From Rhodospirillaceae bacterium (lineage in GTDB: Bacteria > Pseudomonadota > Alphaproteobacteria > Rhodospirillales > Rhodospirillaceae): a DNA stretch of 61,881 bases. The position numbers were made by a program, and so were the translations under genes. The notes under the pieces are model-generated. The model searched no databases. It saw only the letters and a list, made by a program, of their open reading frames with translations, and was not told the DNA's origin. The stretch's first letter is position 1; every line of letters starts with the position of its first letter. The stretch is taken from positions 1-61,881 of the forward strand of contig JBAYSM010000001.1 of the NCBI GenBank assembly GCA_041676205.1. Reading direction: 5' to 3'. Below are positions 61,111 to 61,881 of this stretch, piece by piece.

Positions 61111-61881
61111 ACCACCTTGACCACGACCACCGTGGCGTCGTCCCTGGGCGGGACTGCGCCACGGTGGGCGGCGGTGGCATCCAGGATAGCGTCGAGCAAG
61201 TCGGCGGCGCTCCCAGCGTGGTGGGTGCGGATGACGTCTTTCAGGCGCTCCTTGCCGAACATTTCCCCCGTCGCGTTGCGGGCTTCCCAGATGCCATCGG
61301 TGCCGATCACCACCACCTGCCCGGTTTCAAGCATCCCGGCCTCGGACGGGGCGAACAGCCAGTCCGGGTCGATGCCGAGCGGAATATCCTCGCCGCTCAG
61401 TTCGGCAAAGGCATCGCTCTGTGGGTCATAGGCCAAGGCCGGATCGTGCCCGGCGGTGGACCAACTCGCCACCTTTTGGCCGACCGTCAGGAATAACGCG
61501 AACACCGTCATGAACCGTCCGCCCTGGGCGTCGGCGGCGAGCAGCGGGTTGACTGCCGCCAACAGGCCGCCGGGTTCGTCGGCACCCTCGGCATGGCTGC
61601 GCAGCAAGGCCCGCGTCGTGGTCATCATCAGGGCCGAGGCGATGCCGTGCCCGGCCACGTCGCCGACCAACACCGCCATGCGGCGTGGCCGCCCGAAAGC
61701 ATCGCGGCGCAAGGGCACATAATCGAAATAGTCGCCGCCGGTTTCGTCGCAATACAATGACCGCCCGGCGATGTCGAAGCCGGGAAGGTCGGGTGATTTC
61801 TGGGGCAGCAGCGCCTGCTGCACCTCTTGGGCAACACTCAGGGCGCGCCGGATGGTCAGGCGGTCCTGCAACAGCGGCACC
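61107..61881 (-). CDS. PP2C/SpoIIE-family protein phosphatase (C-terminal part; 5' end beyond window)
   Basis: GGDYFD, GDVAGHG, AGH, TDGIWEA and RDDATVVV motifs. Confidence 0.92.
   Translation of the reverse strand, partial: VPLLQDRLTIRRALSVAQEVQQALLPQKSPDLPGFDIAGRSLYCDETGGDYFDYVPLRRDAFGRPRRMAVLVGDVAGHGIASALMMTTTRALLRSHAEGADEPGGLLAAVNPLLAADAQGGRFMTVFALFLTVGQKVASWSTAGHDPALAYDPQSDAFAELSGEDIPLGIDPDWLFAPSEAGMLETGQVVVIGTDGIWEARNATGEMFGKERLKDVIRTHHAGSAADLLDAILDATAAHRGAVPPRDDATVVVVKVV

Overview
High-GC alphaproteobacterial chromosomal segment. The gene content and a tRNA-His that keeps G-1/C73 suggest a Rhodospirillales/Rhodospirillaceae-like organism (inference). Most genes are housekeeping: pgm/pmm, a D,D-carboxypeptidase-SPOR, clpSA, yeaG-yeaH-spoVR, glnB-glnA, a telA pair, tRNA-His, a PuuA-like GS, tamAB, a Na/Pi cotransporter, cfa, rplM-rpsI-argC and phaC. 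No CRISPR array, integrase or transposase is visible. The strongest leads are five. (1) An operon with three paralogous YccU-type CoA-binding domains: one fused to O-acetylhomoserine sulfhydrylase, one free, and one that has lost the conserved residues. (2) An apparent ~14.7 kb insertion between paaI and rplM carrying a NIT-domain chemoreceptor, an orphan gene remnant, a Shewanella/Vibrio-order torECAD TMAO-reductase operon with no local TorRST, and a TetR-acrAB pump with a perfect operator. (3) A 175-bp palindromic element (57116-57290) whose two arms carry hairpins of different sequence but the same shape. (4) Near-identical back-to-back GNRA terminators. (5) Readable regulatory sites: sigma54/NtrC at glnB and EcfG at stress genes. 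All functional calls come from motif recognition by eye; no searches were run.
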